Assembly: GCA_023247085.1 (NCBI GenBank)
Contig: JAHFHC010000005.1
Coordinates: 1-51,663 of the forward strand
Origin: Candidatus Micrarchaeota archaeon
GTDB taxonomy: Archaea; Micrarchaeota; Micrarchaeia; Norongarragalinales; UBA8480
Direction of reading: 5' to 3'
DNA length: 51,663 bases
This document shows, piece by piece, positions 19,242-28,900 of this stretch. How positions within the stretch are numbered: position 1 is the first letter of the stretch; each line of letters opens with the position of its first letter. Below the pieces are notes generated by a model that worked only from the letters and a program-made list of their open reading frames with translations, was not told the DNA's origin and searched no databases. Both the position numbers and the translations under genes were made by a program.

Positions 19242-20351
19242 ATGGCAGTTGTTGAGCGTATTAGAAAGTTAGTGGAAGAGCAGCAGTATGACGATAACGC
19301 GTTTTGGAAGAATCGCGATTTGTTAAGGCAAAAAGCAAAAGTTGCCAACGGGGTAGAAATGCATGGTAGCGCAGTTACAATTCACGGCAAGGGAATAATT
19401 GTAAGTGGCAAGTCTGAATCTGGAAAAACTACTACGTGGTTTCATTTGCTTAAGCGCGGGGGACGTGCAATAAGCGAGGATTTAACTAATTTAGTTTTTA
19501 GAAGTAAACGATCGCCATTGCTTGTTGCACCTGCTACTCAACATGCTTTTCGAATTCACGGAAAATTTCACAGGCTAGATACACTAGAACTACCATACGG
19601 AATAGCGGGAAAAATGAAAAGTGGAAGCATAATCCCACGCTATAGAGCGGCACCCATGGATGATACGGCAGTACTTGCGGGTCGGCCTTTGCGGGCTATT
19701 TTTTACATTGAAAAACAACGGCTTCATCCAAATGCTTCTCCGCGCATAGTTGCTATGGATGATGATAAATTGGCGTGGCGCTTGCAAACAGAGGACACGT
19801 CTACTTTTCCTTCGTTGTTCGCTTTGCCTGAAACGCACACGCGTGAATCTATTCGTCGTTTAAAATGGGATAGAAAAAAAGCAATAGCAACACAGCTTGT
19901 GCGTGAACTTAGGCAAAGTGGCGTGCATTTTTTCCAAGTTTATGCGCCTAAGACACGCGACCCAGCGAAGCAAGCGTTGTCAGCGCAGGCAATATCGCAG
20001 TTTGTCCGTGGCTTTACTGGCAAGTTCAAACCCGGGCTTAATTTAATGGCAATTAACCGACAGCACTCGGGAGAAGTTTTTCATATTTCGCATTCAACTG
20101 TGATTGGCACATCAGCTGATTTGAAAATTGGGGGCGACGATCGCATTGAAGCACGACATACAGTGATTAAAAGAAAAGATAGAAAATGGGTTGCGCGCGA
20201 CTTAGGCACAAAAGCGCATACACATATCTTGAAGAAAGAGCGTGTTGACAAAGGAAAAGTGGATTGGCGTAGGCTTAAAGGCACGATGGAAATCGGAAAT
20301 GGAGATTTAATTGCAGTTGGACGCACGTTTTTTCAGATAGTAATAAAATAG
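19242..20351 (+). CDS. HPr kinase/phosphorylase-like P-loop kinase with C-terminal degenerate FHA domain
   Basis: MHGSAVTIHGKGIIVSGKSESGKTT...LLKRGGRAISED matches the HprK catalytic pattern; the C-terminus TVIGTSADLKI..D.RIEARHTVI..KWVARDLGT...EIGNGDLIAVGRTFF is an FHA fold pattern. Confidence 0.75.
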   Translation: MAVVERIRKLVEEQQYDDNAFWKNRDLLRQKAKVANGVEMHGSAVTIHGKGIIVSGKSESGKTTTWFHLLKRGGRAISEDLTNLVFRSKRSPLLVAPATQHAFRIHGKFHRLDTLELPYGIAGKMKSGSIIPRYRAAPMDDTAVLAGRPLRAIFYIEKQRLHPNASPRIVAMDDDKLAWRLQTEDTSTFPSLFALPETHTRESIRRLKWDRKKAIATQLVRELRQSGVHFFQVYAPKTRDPAKQALSAQAISQFVRGFTGKFKPGLNLMAINRQHSGEVFHISHSTVIGTSADLKIGGDDRIEARHTVIKRKDRKWVARDLGTKAHTHILKKERVDKGKVDWRRLKGTMEIGNGDLIAVGRTFFQIVIK

Positions 20352-20370
20352 TCAATTGAATACATAATTT

Positions 20371-21441
20371 ATGGTTTTACCAGAAAGAGCAACTGAATTT
20401 TTTGATAAAAACGTGCCACGGCATGGTTACTTGTCCACCGGATTAAAAACTCGAATTTGGAAAGGAGTAGAATCAGGCAAAATAAAACCAGCTACTGTAA
20501 CTAAACTTGGTAAAAGGATACGCGAACATATTGCAGATACAATAAGTAATCCCGTTCAATACGCCACTGCAGTTGAACGTTTTGGAAGACTGCAAAATGA
20601 AGTACAGGCTATGCCTATAAGGAAAGCAGTTAAACACTTGATTCGAAATCTTGGACCAAAAGAAACTGCAATTGTAAAACGTAGGCGAGAATTAGCAAAA
20701 GCTATAATAGCAGGAAGGCAAGCTGAACGACAAGGAGGATATGAACTAAGCAGAGGAATAACTGCGCATAACCGTTGGCTTGGAGTTAACTTACAACATG
20801 AAGCGCGAGCACTTGCCAGAATACATGGACCAATCACAGTACTTGATGCTGGAGGCGGAACTGGGTTCGCAATGGCAGACTTAAAGAGTCGGCTTCGTAC
20901 AAAAATAAAAGAAACGCACGCAACTAGTTTAACTCAACATTTTTCAAATCGAGTTGCAAGTGACATTGAAACTCATAAAGAAGTCGTTATTCCAGCTAGT
21001 AAACCATATCCCGATAGTATTGCACCAGTAATGCACGTTGCGCATATTGAAAAAATTCCGCTTCCTTCAAGTTCAGTGCATTTAATTACTTCTGTGCGTG
21101 GCGCAACTTGGTATACACCGAGAACAATTCACCGTTCAGTAGGCGAACTAGTTCGCATATTGAGGCCAGGTGGACGTGCTTTCTTACATTTAATGGAACC
21201 AAACAAAGAAGCTGAAGCAAGATTATCAAGTTTATTTAAGAGAGAACAATTGAAACATACTTATACTTACGGAGTTGTTGCAGCTAAACGTAGCGAGGAT
21301 AAACAAGTGAAAAATGAATTGCACATCGTTAAATCACGGGCTGAACGTGACAGAATAGCTAAAGAATTACAACGCGGGTTTGAAGAAGGAAAGTACGATT
21401 ACGTCACGAAGTATAGAGTATTGGCATTAGAAAAACAATAA
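20371..21441 (+). CDS. Class I SAM-dependent methyltransferase with N-terminal RHGYL leader module
   Basis: TVLDAGGGTG motif I, LPSSSVHLITS, LVRILRPGGRAFL; N-terminal ATEFFDKNVPRHGYL...SGKIKP...LG. Confidence 0.8.
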   Translation: MVLPERATEFFDKNVPRHGYLSTGLKTRIWKGVESGKIKPATVTKLGKRIREHIADTISNPVQYATAVERFGRLQNEVQAMPIRKAVKHLIRNLGPKETAIVKRRRELAKAIIAGRQAERQGGYELSRGITAHNRWLGVNLQHEARALARIHGPITVLDAGGGTGFAMADLKSRLRTKIKETHATSLTQHFSNRVASDIETHKEVVIPASKPYPDSIAPVMHVAHIEKIPLPSSSVHLITSVRGATWYTPRTIHRSVGELVRILRPGGRAFLHLMEPNKEAEARLSSLFKREQLKHTYTYGVVAAKRSEDKQVKNELHIVKSRAERDRIAKELQRGFEEGKYDYVTKYRVLALEKQ

Positions 21442-21461
21442 CGTGAATAAAAATTTATTTT

Positions 21462-22709
21462 TTACTCCATTAATCTTGCAATGTGTTCAGCTGCAGCCAT
21501 TCGGTTGTCGAATGTCGTTCCTTTTTTTACATTGCGAGAAGGCGCACTTCGTTTAAACTCTTTTGGATCTAGTGGCACTTTTATTCTGTAAAAAGAAACT
21601 CCTTTTTGATGTAATTTTGTAACAACTGCTTTTGACAAACTAAGTCGTTGGCTTTGAGAGAGTTTAGTTTCAACTGGATACGTAGCTGGGTAGCCAAACA
21701 CAGTTGGTACTCCAACATCTGTTCGGTTAGCTAAGTGGTCGACAACATAACTTGGGTCAACTCGTTCAATTAAAGTTTCTGGCGACTCGTGGGTTTCAAG
21801 TAGAAAAACGGTTTTCAATGGCATTGGATGCAAGTTAGGGTGAAGTGGAGCTTTAGCTGTGCTTGGAACGGATTTACCTTTAAATAATTGGTCTGGGTTT
21901 CTACCATGCTCCCAAAAAACGTTTTTTATTTCAGCGGGAAAATCTGGAGAATGAATGCTTCCAAATACTCCTTCGTAAAATTTTCTGCCTTGAGCATAAT
22001 ATTGGCTAGCTGCCCTGAACCCGTATTTTTTGTAAGGCCCAACTACATTTGCAGCCTTTGGTGAAAATAATATGTGCACGCGGTCATCAGCTACTATTGG
22101 AAAGCCGTGAAAGTGGCTTAACAAAAACGAAAGGCGCCCTTTGCCTACTCGCGGGGCTCCAATTATTGCAACTGCACCTTTTTTGCCAAGCAAAACATTT
22201 CCATGCAAATCAGCTGCAGCTTTTCCAACAATTTCTTCTTTTTTTAGCGAGTGCGCTGGATCTTTGTGATAGTGGGTCCCATATGCCTCTGGGTCAAAGA
22301 ATTGCTGGAGGTTAACTAATTTAGTGAAGCGGTCAGCAGCGGAGCGTAAGTGTTCTTCAGGTATATCCGATATTCCAGTTGATACGCCTATTGCAGTTGG
22401 CTTGGTCTGAAGTTGACGTAGTTCAGTTAATAGAAATGCAGCTGAGTGGCCAGCTTCTGGACTAAAGCGAGAAGCACGCTGCACAAGTGGAAACACGTGT
22501 GCTTTAATGAAATCTGGACCGCGCAACCGCCGCAAGTTTTCAAGCACTTCGCCTATTTGCTGGACTTGTTTTGTTGCATCTGGATGTTTACTGCCAAAAA
22601 CGGCTAGATTAACTGCGAACCGGTCTCCGCCTTGGCGCAAGTATCCAGGTAGCTTAAAGTGATTAGTTTCAAACCAACTCAAGGCATGCCGGATAGTTTT
22701 TATTTCCAT
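21462..22709 (-). CDS. HPr kinase-like P-loop kinase with divergent N-terminal leader module
   Basis: LHGNVLLGKKGAVAIIGAPRVGKGRLSFLL...PIVADDRVHI; shares PL..[IV]F..E, P..F..P and L...GV.F motifs with 19242..20351. Confidence 0.75.
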   Translation of the reverse strand: MEIKTIRHALSWFETNHFKLPGYLRQGGDRFAVNLAVFGSKHPDATKQVQQIGEVLENLRRLRGPDFIKAHVFPLVQRASRFSPEAGHSAAFLLTELRQLQTKPTAIGVSTGISDIPEEHLRSAADRFTKLVNLQQFFDPEAYGTHYHKDPAHSLKKEEIVGKAAADLHGNVLLGKKGAVAIIGAPRVGKGRLSFLLSHFHGFPIVADDRVHILFSPKAANVVGPYKKYGFRAASQYYAQGRKFYEGVFGSIHSPDFPAEIKNVFWEHGRNPDQLFKGKSVPSTAKAPLHPNLHPMPLKTVFLLETHESPETLIERVDPSYVVDHLANRTDVGVPTVFGYPATYPVETKLSQSQRLSLSKAVVTKLHQKGVSFYRIKVPLDPKEFKRSAPSRNVKKGTTFDNRMAAAEHIARLME

Positions 22710-22771
22710 TTTTAAACACTGTTTTTTCAGATTGATTCTTTAACTAACGGGATATCAAATTAATAATTAAT

Positions 22772-24424
22772 TTAGCCGATTGGCTTGGCGAAGCGCGTGC
22801 TTTTAATTGCAGCTAATACAGTTGGCCAGCGTTCTATTAAGTCCGCATATTTGGTTAAGCCAGAATGCATTTTGTCTGGAGGCACAACTGAGCTAAATAT
22901 TTGTTCCCGTTGTTTTGAAGTGAACAACGCAATGTTTTTACCTAAGCGAGAAGCTGCTCTTCTTAATTTTGGATCTTTGTGCCACCAGCCGCTAGATGAA
23001 GATAAGTTTCTCGAAGCTGAACGGGCTAAAGTGTCCCATTTTTCAAATTCAGATGAAATATGCGAACGTATTTTACGGTGCCCTAGATTAATGGCGTCAG
23101 TAGATGCATTTAGTCGCACTTGTTTAGCTAAGTGTGAATGCGAAGTAGCACGGTGAATTCCTTTTATCACTTCGTACACTGGAAAGAAGCTTACGCTTTG
23201 ACCGTATTCTTTAAACACACCTCGACCACCAGCTTTATGGTGAAGAACAGGCAAGTTCATGCGGTAAACTCCGCCGCCAAGTAAGCGGTGCATTAACATT
23301 GACCAAGTAGTATCTTCACCGCGTATATCATTTGTCGGGTAGGGAATACCATTTGCTAATGTGTCTGCGCGGATAGTTACATTTGCACCACCTAAACTAG
23401 ATGTGCGTTTTATTTCCTCTAGAATTGGGGCATTTGCGTCGTAATACCTAACGCCGGCATTAAACGCGCCGCGAGTAGTAACGCCTTGTGAATATACCGA
23501 GAGTAAACGAAGCGCCCGGTCAAATGGAACAGTTTGTCCAAGTTCAGGCACTTCAGTTACTTGTTCAGCTAATGCGCCAATTTTTTCTCCGGGTTTACGG
23601 CTCTTTGCGCGTTTTAAAAGCAAATCCGCTTTTTCTAAAAAGTACGGGATTAAACGCTGTGGTTCTTTTATATCTTTTGTAACCCTGCCACTTGCAATTT
23701 TAACGTTTCCATTTGAAAACACTTGGTCAACTTTGTGAAAAAAACTAAACAAGTGGCCAACTGCAGGCACCACTTTTCCTTCTTGTCTTTTTAAATGCAG
23801 GTTTTCAAGTGTAATGTCGTCGTCGAAAAAAGTAATTAAGTCACTTGGTTCAGCGTGACGTAAAGCAATAAGTGAAGCTAAGTTTCTAGCTCCCCCAAAG
23901 CCGTGTTTTACTTTTGAAGCATCAGGAAAAATAAACGAATCTAGTTTTGTACGGGATTTTGCCTCTAAATCAGCGACGAATTTATCTTGCGTAGCTCTAT
24001 CGTAGTGCACTATATCAAATAAATGAGAGTAACGCTTTGCTAATTGAGTTAAAGTTTCACGGTTTGATTTTTCAAACTTTTTTTCAGTGGAGTCGTCAAC
24101 AACAACAATACGGATTTTCTGGCGGTATCCATAACGCCGCATGTTGTCAGCAATGCTTTCAACACAACGGCCAAGTAACACTGGCCTGTTTTGTGTTGGA
24201 ATTACAATTAAATGACCAAAAGTTGAAGCGCGAGCAGGAGCAGTTGGCCGCGGGGAGACCACTTTTGGTCTCGGCGTTACTGTAGGTCGTCTGGGAGTTG
24301 GTGAAAACAAAATCCTGGCTTCTTGCTTTTCAGGAATTCTTTGAGAGACAGGCGAAACTGCAAGTAAACTAGTTGAAAACCCAAGTGGCCTACTTGTTGC
24401 TTTTCCAAATAAGGGGATTTTCAT
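22772..24424 (-). CDS. GT-A fold (GT2-like) glycosyltransferase with Pro/Arg/Ser-rich N-terminal extension
   Basis: IVIPTQNR...IVVVDDS...GGARN...FFDDD (DxD)...GANVTI...RGED...LHHK. Confidence 0.8.
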   Translation of the reverse strand: MKIPLFGKATSRPLGFSTSLLAVSPVSQRIPEKQEARILFSPTPRRPTVTPRPKVVSPRPTAPARASTFGHLIVIPTQNRPVLLGRCVESIADNMRRYGYRQKIRIVVVDDSTEKKFEKSNRETLTQLAKRYSHLFDIVHYDRATQDKFVADLEAKSRTKLDSFIFPDASKVKHGFGGARNLASLIALRHAEPSDLITFFDDDITLENLHLKRQEGKVVPAVGHLFSFFHKVDQVFSNGNVKIASGRVTKDIKEPQRLIPYFLEKADLLLKRAKSRKPGEKIGALAEQVTEVPELGQTVPFDRALRLLSVYSQGVTTRGAFNAGVRYYDANAPILEEIKRTSSLGGANVTIRADTLANGIPYPTNDIRGEDTTWSMLMHRLLGGGVYRMNLPVLHHKAGGRGVFKEYGQSVSFFPVYEVIKGIHRATSHSHLAKQVRLNASTDAINLGHRKIRSHISSEFEKWDTLARSASRNLSSSSGWWHKDPKLRRAASRLGKNIALFTSKQREQIFSSVVPPDKMHSGLTKYADLIERWPTVLAAIKSTRFAKPIG

Positions 24425-24440
24425 TTATGACCACAAGACA

Positions 24441-25895
24441 CTAACTCTCGCTTACTTGAGGCACTATACCTTCAACTGAATTACCATGTTGTGCGATATT
24501 GTAAAGCATTTGTACATTAGCGGCATGTAACTGTAGCATTTGCCTGTTGGTTAACTTCCGTGGAACATAGTGCATCTTGTAATAGTTCTGCACTGCATCT
24601 TTTGCGCTTTGGTCAACGTGTTTCACAAATCGTTTAAAGTGAGTTTTAGAATGCTTTGGGCTGCCAAGTTGTGCTAGTTTTGCAGCTAAGTGGAAAGCAA
24701 CTGATTGAACTTGTTCTTCACTTAATTTTTGGCTAGTTTCAAAAGTTTTACCGTGTCTTAATTTATCGTAATTTTCAATTGAAACATGCTTAACTGCCTT
24801 ACCCTCAGAGTCAAACAACTTGCCACGAGGAATAAGAAAGTTTCCAAGTATCGCCACTGGATCGCGACCCAAAGTACTTTGGTCAATTGTTTTTGCCATT
24901 TGGTCTTGAAAATCAAATACATTACGGGCAGTCAAAGCACGGTTAACTAATTTTTCTGAATCACTTGCCTTTAACCCAGTTGCCATTACGTGGCCAGTAA
25001 ATTGAGAAGCGTGTTCAAGTAAAGCCGCAACCCTGTGCCTTCTTTGGGCTTCGTTTGTTTCACTAAAGAAAGGCATAGATGGAATATGGTGTCTTAATCC
25101 TTTTTGCACATGAGACGCTACTTTAATCGCTTTTGGCGCAAGCATTTGCTGCATTAACGTATTCATATCTGGAACAGGAGGCATTTGTACAGGTGCTTCG
25201 TCGCCTGATACAGTTGGAACTACTTCGCTTCCAGGTTCAGATACCGATGGAACGTCAAATTCAGATACTGTTGGAACTGCATTACTTCCAGGTTCAGATA
25301 CATCAATTGGAGTTGGTCGCGATTTACGCCGCCTGCTTCCAGAGTCATCTTCTGAAACATGTATTTCGGTATCAGGCAAACCGTGTGCGTGAAGTGCTGC
25401 GAGTATGCCAGTTGCAATGTCGTCTCGCGCTGAGCCGGGCGTGAAGTTGAATAAACCTTTCCTTTCTTTCACTGCTTTTAATAAAACGCCTGAAACGTTT
25501 TTCAAAAAGAATCGGTCAGCAGCTATTTTTGTATGATGAACTACTTTTTCATGAGTTAATAAACGACGCAAGTAGCGTTCATCTGCATGCGCTAACCCAT
25601 GCACTAATTCATCTTGTGTGACACGTAGCCTGCGCATGTCTCTTAATTGTGCGGGCGTCAAGTTTTTGAAAATGTGTCTGAAGAACACTTCACGGTGCGG
25701 AATAGTTTCCCTTGCAAAAGACATCCAAGTGTTTTTAATCGCGCGTCTACTTTCACCAGGTACCTCAGTAAAGGGAGTAAACTGCGCTCTGCCTCCTGAT
25801 CGCATGGCTCTATAGCCCGGGCCAAGAGTACGGCGCTCTTCGTGAGACAACCCACCAGTAACAGCTCTTCTCAAACTTTCAGGAATCCACGGCAT
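24441..25895 (-). CDS. Basic hypothetical protein with central acidic VSEPGS repeats
   Basis: 484-aa ORF with GGTGA SD upstream; H/R/K-rich flanks around an acidic Pro/Ser linker. Confidence 0.75.
   Translation of the reverse strand: MPWIPESLRRAVTGGLSHEERRTLGPGYRAMRSGGRAQFTPFTEVPGESRRAIKNTWMSFARETIPHREVFFRHIFKNLTPAQLRDMRRLRVTQDELVHGLAHADERYLRRLLTHEKVVHHTKIAADRFFLKNVSGVLLKAVKERKGLFNFTPGSARDDIATGILAALHAHGLPDTEIHVSEDDSGSRRRKSRPTPIDVSEPGSNAVPTVSEFDVPSVSEPGSEVVPTVSGDEAPVQMPPVPDMNTLMQQMLAPKAIKVASHVQKGLRHHIPSMPFFSETNEAQRRHRVAALLEHASQFTGHVMATGLKASDSEKLVNRALTARNVFDFQDQMAKTIDQSTLGRDPVAILGNFLIPRGKLFDSEGKAVKHVSIENYDKLRHGKTFETSQKLSEEQVQSVAFHLAAKLAQLGSPKHSKTHFKRFVKHVDQSAKDAVQNYYKMHYVPRKLTNRQMLQLHAANVQMLYNIAQHGNSVEGIVPQVSES
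25207..25301. repeat. 57-bp-period tandem duplication (VSEPGS..VPTVS)
   Basis: gatacagttggaactacttcgcttccaggttcagatac at 25207 versus gatactgttggaactgcattacttccaggttcagatac at 25264. Confidence 0.85.
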
Positions 25896-25942
25896 ATTTT
25901 ATTCATCACCATAACTTTTTACTAATTAATACATAAAAACAT

Positions 25943-28900
25943 TTACTTAGCATCTGCTTTGCTGAGATCACATTTGGCTCGATAGTCGTTTGCATATTGA
26001 TTCATCAAATCTTCTGCATCACTTGCATCTGACCCAATAAGCACACATGCGCTACTGCTTATATCTGTAGTTGCTGAAGTAGGTACTGCTCTAAATAATT
26101 CGCTAATTGCTATATCTGGATTAGTTCCTGAAGCGTCGCATGTTGCAGTATCACTTACGAGTAGAGAAAATGGATCTTTTGGATTATTTAATGTTTGAAT
26201 AGTTGTAAATGTAGCTAAACCACCTAAGCTGCCGAGAATAATTGGACAAGCCGCTATGTTAAGTGCTGGAGCAAAACAAAGTAAACTACCGGCAATTGAT
26301 CCTACAATAGCTTCACCAACAGGGCCAGGTTGACAATCTTGAATCACGCCATAATCTCGGCGTCTAACTTCAAAATGTGATAAATGGGTTTCTGGGTTTG
26401 ACCCGACATAACGCACTATTCCTGTTGAATCACTAAAATGGGTTTTTACCACGTCGTTTATTCCTAAATCGTATAATCCAAATTTGCTTGTATCAGTAGG
26501 ATACAAAGGCGGCTGCATCGGAGTCGAACGGTATCTAGCTTCTCTGACTAATTGTCCGTTTTCGTTTCTAAGATCAAAATTATAATGGTAGTATTTTTCT
26601 AGCCAGTCGTCATTGGTGCCAAATATTGAGTAGAATTGTACCCTAAGTAAACTCAATGGGTGATCAGTAGGCCATCCAAATGCATCTTCACCGGCAGTAA
26701 GTTTCTTAATAAATTTGATTGCAACTAACTCGGTCTTTTCTCCTAATGAACTACCAGTGCCTCCAAGTGAACATACTATCTCTTTGCCTTGAGAAGCAGT
26801 TGAAAATGAAGCAGCGAAAAGCGAGTTTGGATTACAATCCGGTTCTTCTGTTTTTGCAGGATCATCAAAAGTTGCTTTAACATCAATATCAACATCGCGA
26901 GTAGATTCACCTTGGTAGTCCGAAGGTGCTTTGGTGTTAACCGTTATTCCTATTGGTAGTTTTACTTGATCCGTTGGTTTCAAATCACATTCTAACATAT
27001 TGGGGTTGCCAGGTTGCAGCATTCTACAATGTGAGTTTTGGGCGTAAGCGTCGTTTTGTGTAGCAACTTTGAATTCAACTTTGTCACTATTGCACACTGG
27101 ATCAGTTTGGCTTGGCCAATAGTTGCAGAAATAGCGTTTACTTTCAATAGGGTCGCCAATAGTTGCAAAAAATGATATTCCTTTTGGAGTTGCTAAGTTT
27201 AAACGATGAATTGCATCAGGAGAGATAAAGTCATTGGTATTGAATTCAAAACTGCATTTGCCATTATTGTCTAAAACACATAATGGAGTGGCTAGAGGCG
27301 GGTTGACCTCAAAAATGGGTATGCGTCTCTGTGCGCCGGTTGTATCATAGTATTCTAAGTTTAGCGTTATCTCTTTGCTAAAATATTTACGATTAGTAGT
27401 GCAGAAAGTTGCGCGCATTTTTTTATTAGGGGTCAATGACTCGCTTCCAACAACGCGCATAAAGTCTCCGCTTCCACTCGGATATTCTTCAGTGAGTTCA
27501 ATTGCGCTTATATCTGGCGCGTTTAGTCTACCGCAAGCATCTAAACCACTAATAGGTTCTGGCAAAGCTGATTTTCCTTGGTCGTTAATTGGCGGAGCTT
27601 CTGGATAGTTGAGAATGTACACGTGCGCTGCTTTGTTTATGTCTACTGGTTTGTTATTTTCGTCATAGTATTTTTCTTCTAATTTGTCTTTGTTATTAAA
27701 TACGGTTACTTTTACTAGATAAGGTATATTGGAATTTACAAGTGGCGAACATTTGACAAACCTTAATGAGGGCAGTGCCCCTGCGCGTGCTTTGTCTATG
27801 ACATAGTTTTTACCGTCTTTGGTTTTAACAAAATTATATTCTTGGGTAATGATTGATTTATCGCCGTCTTGGCAAAGGTATTCAATTTTTGCTTTTAGGT
27901 TTGGCGAGTTTATTCCACGCAAGTTTATAGCAGCGGCATCTAGAGTAACACGCGTACCTACTTGGGTTGTGGATTCGGGAAATAGGTATACCCACTCGTA
28001 ATTTTTAGAATCAGCAGACAAGAAATAACTCGGCGTTATTGATTTTATTATTGGAGCTTCAGTTACGACGGTAACTTGGCAAGAATCAGAGACAGAATTT
28101 TCGCCGTATTTTGTCCATGCTTCAAACGAATAGCTTCCAATGGTATTAAAGTCAAGAAAATCAAATGAACTTTTTTGTTCCGATACTGGACGATCTAGTA
28201 TTTGTACACCGCCGTTTTTTATTAGTAATTTTCTATCAGTTGGGCTGTCTCCATCTGGGAAAGTATAATCTACAACTACTGGCGTCTTTACTTGTATGCG
28301 TTCACCGCAGAGGCTGTCTTCTTTGCCGGTATCTGCTTTGGCGTATACGTTTATTGTTGGCCTCAGCACCTTTGCTCGAACTGGCGGCTGTACTTTCGTA
28401 GTATCGCTTTCTAGTTTAGCTTGGGTTTCAAATGTTGCTTTTATTGTCACTTTTATTTGTGCGCTTGGATTTTGTGGCGACATCGTGTTTACTTCGATGA
28501 AAATGAATTTGTCGCGTTTAAGTGTTTCTTTTGCTTTGTCGTCTTTGGAAAAGTCGCAGTTTACGGTTAATTCGTTGTTGTTTATGTTAACTGTGCAGCT
28601 TTGTGATAGTGGGTTGTTGTCTTTGTCTTTTACAACGTAGTTGAAGTTTGTGAATGAGAGTGGGCAAGTTAGTTGAGTTACGACATTTGCTAAGAATTTG
28701 TAATCTAGACCTATTTGTGCATCAACTGCAACTGAGGATATTCCGCAAGCTGTGTTCCAGTTTGGTGCGCCAAATGGAATTTGTCCAACTGGTCCTATTG
28801 GTGCGCTTATTACGTTTACGCGAACGTTTTTAGTTGAGCCATCTGGCAGCGTAACTTTGAGGTTTCCAGTTGCTGGTACGGGTTGTTGTAAGAAGGAGTA

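Noticed and set aside
25207-25301. Repeats considered as a possible CRISPR array (also 18700-18855)
   Set aside because: Only two in-frame copies with periods divisible by 3, inside coding sequence; no unique spacers and no cas genes.
18279-25895. RiPP (lasso-type) cluster suggested by HprK-like kinases plus MTase and GT
   Set aside because: No precursor peptide, cyclase, peptidase or RRE gene is visible, and the genes are in mixed orientation.
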